Shown here in pieces: positions 61,360 to 64,000 of a stretch of DNA of 64,000 nt. The stretch lies in contig CM059432.1 in assembly GCA_030390025.1 (NCBI GenBank), positions 75,704,001 through 75,768,000 on the forward strand, given 5' to 3'. This DNA is from Squalus acanthias. Taxonomy: Eukaryota. Position numbers and translations under genes: made by a program. The stretch's first letter is position 1. Each line of letters begins with the position of its first letter. The notes under the pieces are model-generated. The model did no database searches, had not been told where the DNA came from, and worked only from the letters and a program-made list of their open reading frames with translations.

Positions 61360-63570
61360 AGCTCGGGATTTTCAACCCACTAAAATGAACGGTGAGAAAA
61401 TCACGGGTTGGCGAGCGCAGAGGAGAAAACCCCAGCTATCATTTGTGAGATGTGTAGGTCAGGAAGGTCTCGTGTTCCACCCCGTCCTACGTCGGAAATT
61501 TGCCACCCACTATATTCGATTGGGCTCCTCTGTAAACATCCAGGGCCAATGACGGAAGGATTCAGGAAGCTCATTATAATATGTAGGACCCTTTCCTGAA
61601 ATTGGGCTGCCCCCCCGCGCCTGACCTGCCATGTGATAAACTCGCTCAGCAACTCGTGGCGCTAACAGGCAGCAAGGATACTTCAGCAACACTATCTAAA
61701 GGGTTCATCCACTACATACAGGCTAGTGGCTGGGATGGCCTTTTAGGCTGCTGGTTAATCACGGTCATATCTTGTTTTGCCTATTTTCTGTATTCTACAA
61801 CTGAATTCTGACTTCTAAGAAGGAGTTTTTGCTGGTGCTGGACTGCTTTTGGCTGCTGTCACAACAGTTTCACCGCAGTCATGAGTAATCTGGTAGGTCC
61901 GGCTTTGGGGCTGGAGGAGGAAGGGGAGCAGGCAAGAAGACAGGAGAGAGCAGGAGCAGCTGTGAGAATAGGGAGGAGGAGGAGGAGGACCCTGTGTAGG
62001 AGACCACCCATACAGCGGGTCTTCAGGGAGCACGTCTCCTACCCGAGCTTCACTGAGGAGCAATGCCTCAGGCGCCTTCCCGTCACAAAGGAGGCTGTCA
62101 CTGAGCTATGTCACCTGCTGCAGCCGCAACTCGAGCCTCCAACCAGGGGATGGACAGCACTGCCTGTGGCTGCTAAGGTCACCATGGCCATTAACTTTTA
62201 TGCAACAGGCTCCTTCCAAGCTGCAGAAGGTGACATCAGCGACATTTCCCAGTTTGCAGTCCACCGTTGTATCAGGGAGGTCACCGAGGCTCTCTATGCC
62301 GGGAAGAATATTTATATCTCTTTCCCAATGGACAGAGCGAAGCAGGATGAGAGAGAACTAGGTTTTGCCCACATTGCAGGCTTCCCCAGGGTGCAAGGTG
62401 CCGTAGACTGCACGCTCATTGCCTTGCGTGCATCCCATCACCACCCTAGCATCTTTCTGAATAGAAAGGGATTCCACTCCCTCAACATCCAGCTTGTTTA
62501 TTACCACAGGCAGTGCATCATACAGGTCTGTGGCTGGTTTCCTGGCAGCAGTCATGATTCATTCATCCTGCGCTAGTTCTCTGTGCTGCCTTTATTTCAG
62601 CCAGGTCACAAGCTGGCTACTTGGCCGCAGTGGCTATCCCTTTCAGACATGGCTCATGATGCCTGTCAGGAACCTGGGCGCAGCTGCAGAGCCATGCCGC
62701 AACTAGAAACATCATTGAGCAAACTGTCTGCGTGCTCAAGCAACGCTTCCACTGCCTATCCCACTCTGGAGGAGCTTTGCAGTGCAGTCCTGACTCTATC
62801 TCCAGATTTGTGGTCATCTGCTGCATGCTGCATAACTTAGAGATAATGAAGAACCAGTCCTTATCACCACCTGGGCAACAAGAAGGGCAGGAGGAGGGGG
62901 AGAAGGATGAAGAGCAGGAGCAGTATTGACTACTACTGCCCCTAGCTGCCAGAGATCTTAGAGAACAGTTCATCCTAGATCGCTTCATGTGAACCATCCC
63001 TCCCATCCCCAATACACCAAAGGTTCCACAATCCTTATCACCACCGTCTTTACTAACACCATTCAATTGCCTTTCTTTCACTCCAGTCTTATCGATCTTG
63101 CCCTCACTTCACTACAAATATTAACACCAACACTAAATCCAGAACAAAAAATTGATCAAACAACTCAATTCCATCTGTGTCTAATAGTCAACAGAAATAA
63201 ATAAGAATCACCCCTGTACAACCCATTAGCGATTGTCTTCTTTGCTCATTTACCTATCCTAGGGATCCTATTGTGTGTTTCCCCAGCAGGATGTCCCTGC
63301 TTCTGTCCACCACCTGGACCAGGGCCTCCAACACGGCATCAGAAAATCTGGGTGCCCTCTCTGGATCTCTTCCTGCCATTTTTTTCCATCTGGGAAAGTT
63401 TCCCTTTTGTCCGCAGCCAGAGTGTACCTCCCCTTTTAAAGGTTCTGACAGCATTTAAGTGGCGTCAGAGATGGCCAATTTCTCCCTCCTCCCAAACAGA
63501 CCTGCAATCAATGAAATGGTCGTACTTGCTCCACGCCCGAATCATTGTATTGAGCTGCCAGCATCAATTT
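61360..63570. mobile_element. PIF/Harbinger transposon H4, internally deleted
   Basis: Left end GCTCGGGATTTTCAACCC; transposase on +; Myb exon 1 remnant on - (MAGRDPERAPRFSDAVLEALVQVVDRSRDIL, about 63390-63280). Confidence 0.85.
61881..62991 (+). pseudogene. Harbinger transposase, disrupted after codon 231
   Basis: RRPPIQRVFR, GAVDCTLIAL, FPGSSHDSFILR then TAG; the GDKGY motif is degraded; LKQRFHCLSHSGGAL downstream. Confidence 0.92.
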
Positions 63571-63571
63571 C

Positions 63572-63787
63572 ATATGGTGCCATGGAATTTTTTACGTCCA
63601 CCCGAGAGAGCAGACGGGATCTCAGTTTAGCGTCTCATTTGAAAGACAGCCCCTCCGACAGTGTAGCACTCCCTCAACACTGCACTAAAGTGCCAGCATA
63701 GATTATATGCTCAAGTCTTTGGAGTGGGGTTGAACCCGCAACCTTCTGACTCCAAGGCAAAAGAGCCCGCACTGAGCCAAGGCTGAA
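63572..63787 (-). mobile_element. DeuSINE (SacSINE1-like), 5' half
   Basis: Head and first half of the core match 46920-47130. Confidence 0.8.
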
Positions 63788-63904
63788 ACCTAAGTCAAGT
63801 TTTACCCAAAATTAACAAGCATCTTGTAAATTCAAAAACATAATTCAACAAAATATATTATTTAACTCAGATGACATAGACTCCTGTTATGTTCCATATA
63901 CTGC

Positions 63905-64000
63905 ATAAGAACATAAGAAATGGGAGCAGGAGTAGGCCATTTGGCCCCTCGAGCCTGCTCCGCCATTCAATAAGATCATGGCTGATCTTCTACTTCCACA
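63905..64000 (-). mobile_element. CR1 3' tail, runs off the window end
   Basis: Same tail as 51276-51372. Confidence 0.9.

Overview
This is eukaryotic DNA, almost certainly from a shark or other cartilaginous fish (inferred from SacSINE1-like DeuSINEs, HER1-like CR1 LINEs and a shark-type Penelope-like repeat). It is repeat-dominated intergenic or deep-intronic sequence, and I could not support any intact host gene. It holds four decayed two-gene PIF/Harbinger transposons (HARBI1-like DDE transposase on +, convergent Myb/SANT-like gene on -) and about 15 related non-autonomous MITEs, several with 3-bp TSDs. It also holds many CR1 fragments, a CR1/L2-group LINE, L2 and RTE fragments, several tRNA-headed SINE families and two Penelope-like remnants. 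Most notable: a minimal hammerhead-ribozyme-like core in a TSD-flanked Penelope-like insert; a near-identical inverted copy of transposase sequence next to its parent element; a CR1 inserted one codon before a catalytic Asp; an in-frame Q/E/H repeat expansion in a transposase; conserved twin hairpins and convergent splice donors in the MITEs; and SINE/LINE pairs with shared tails. Family names come from motif recognition and recall, not database searches. Coordinates of old repeats are approximate.
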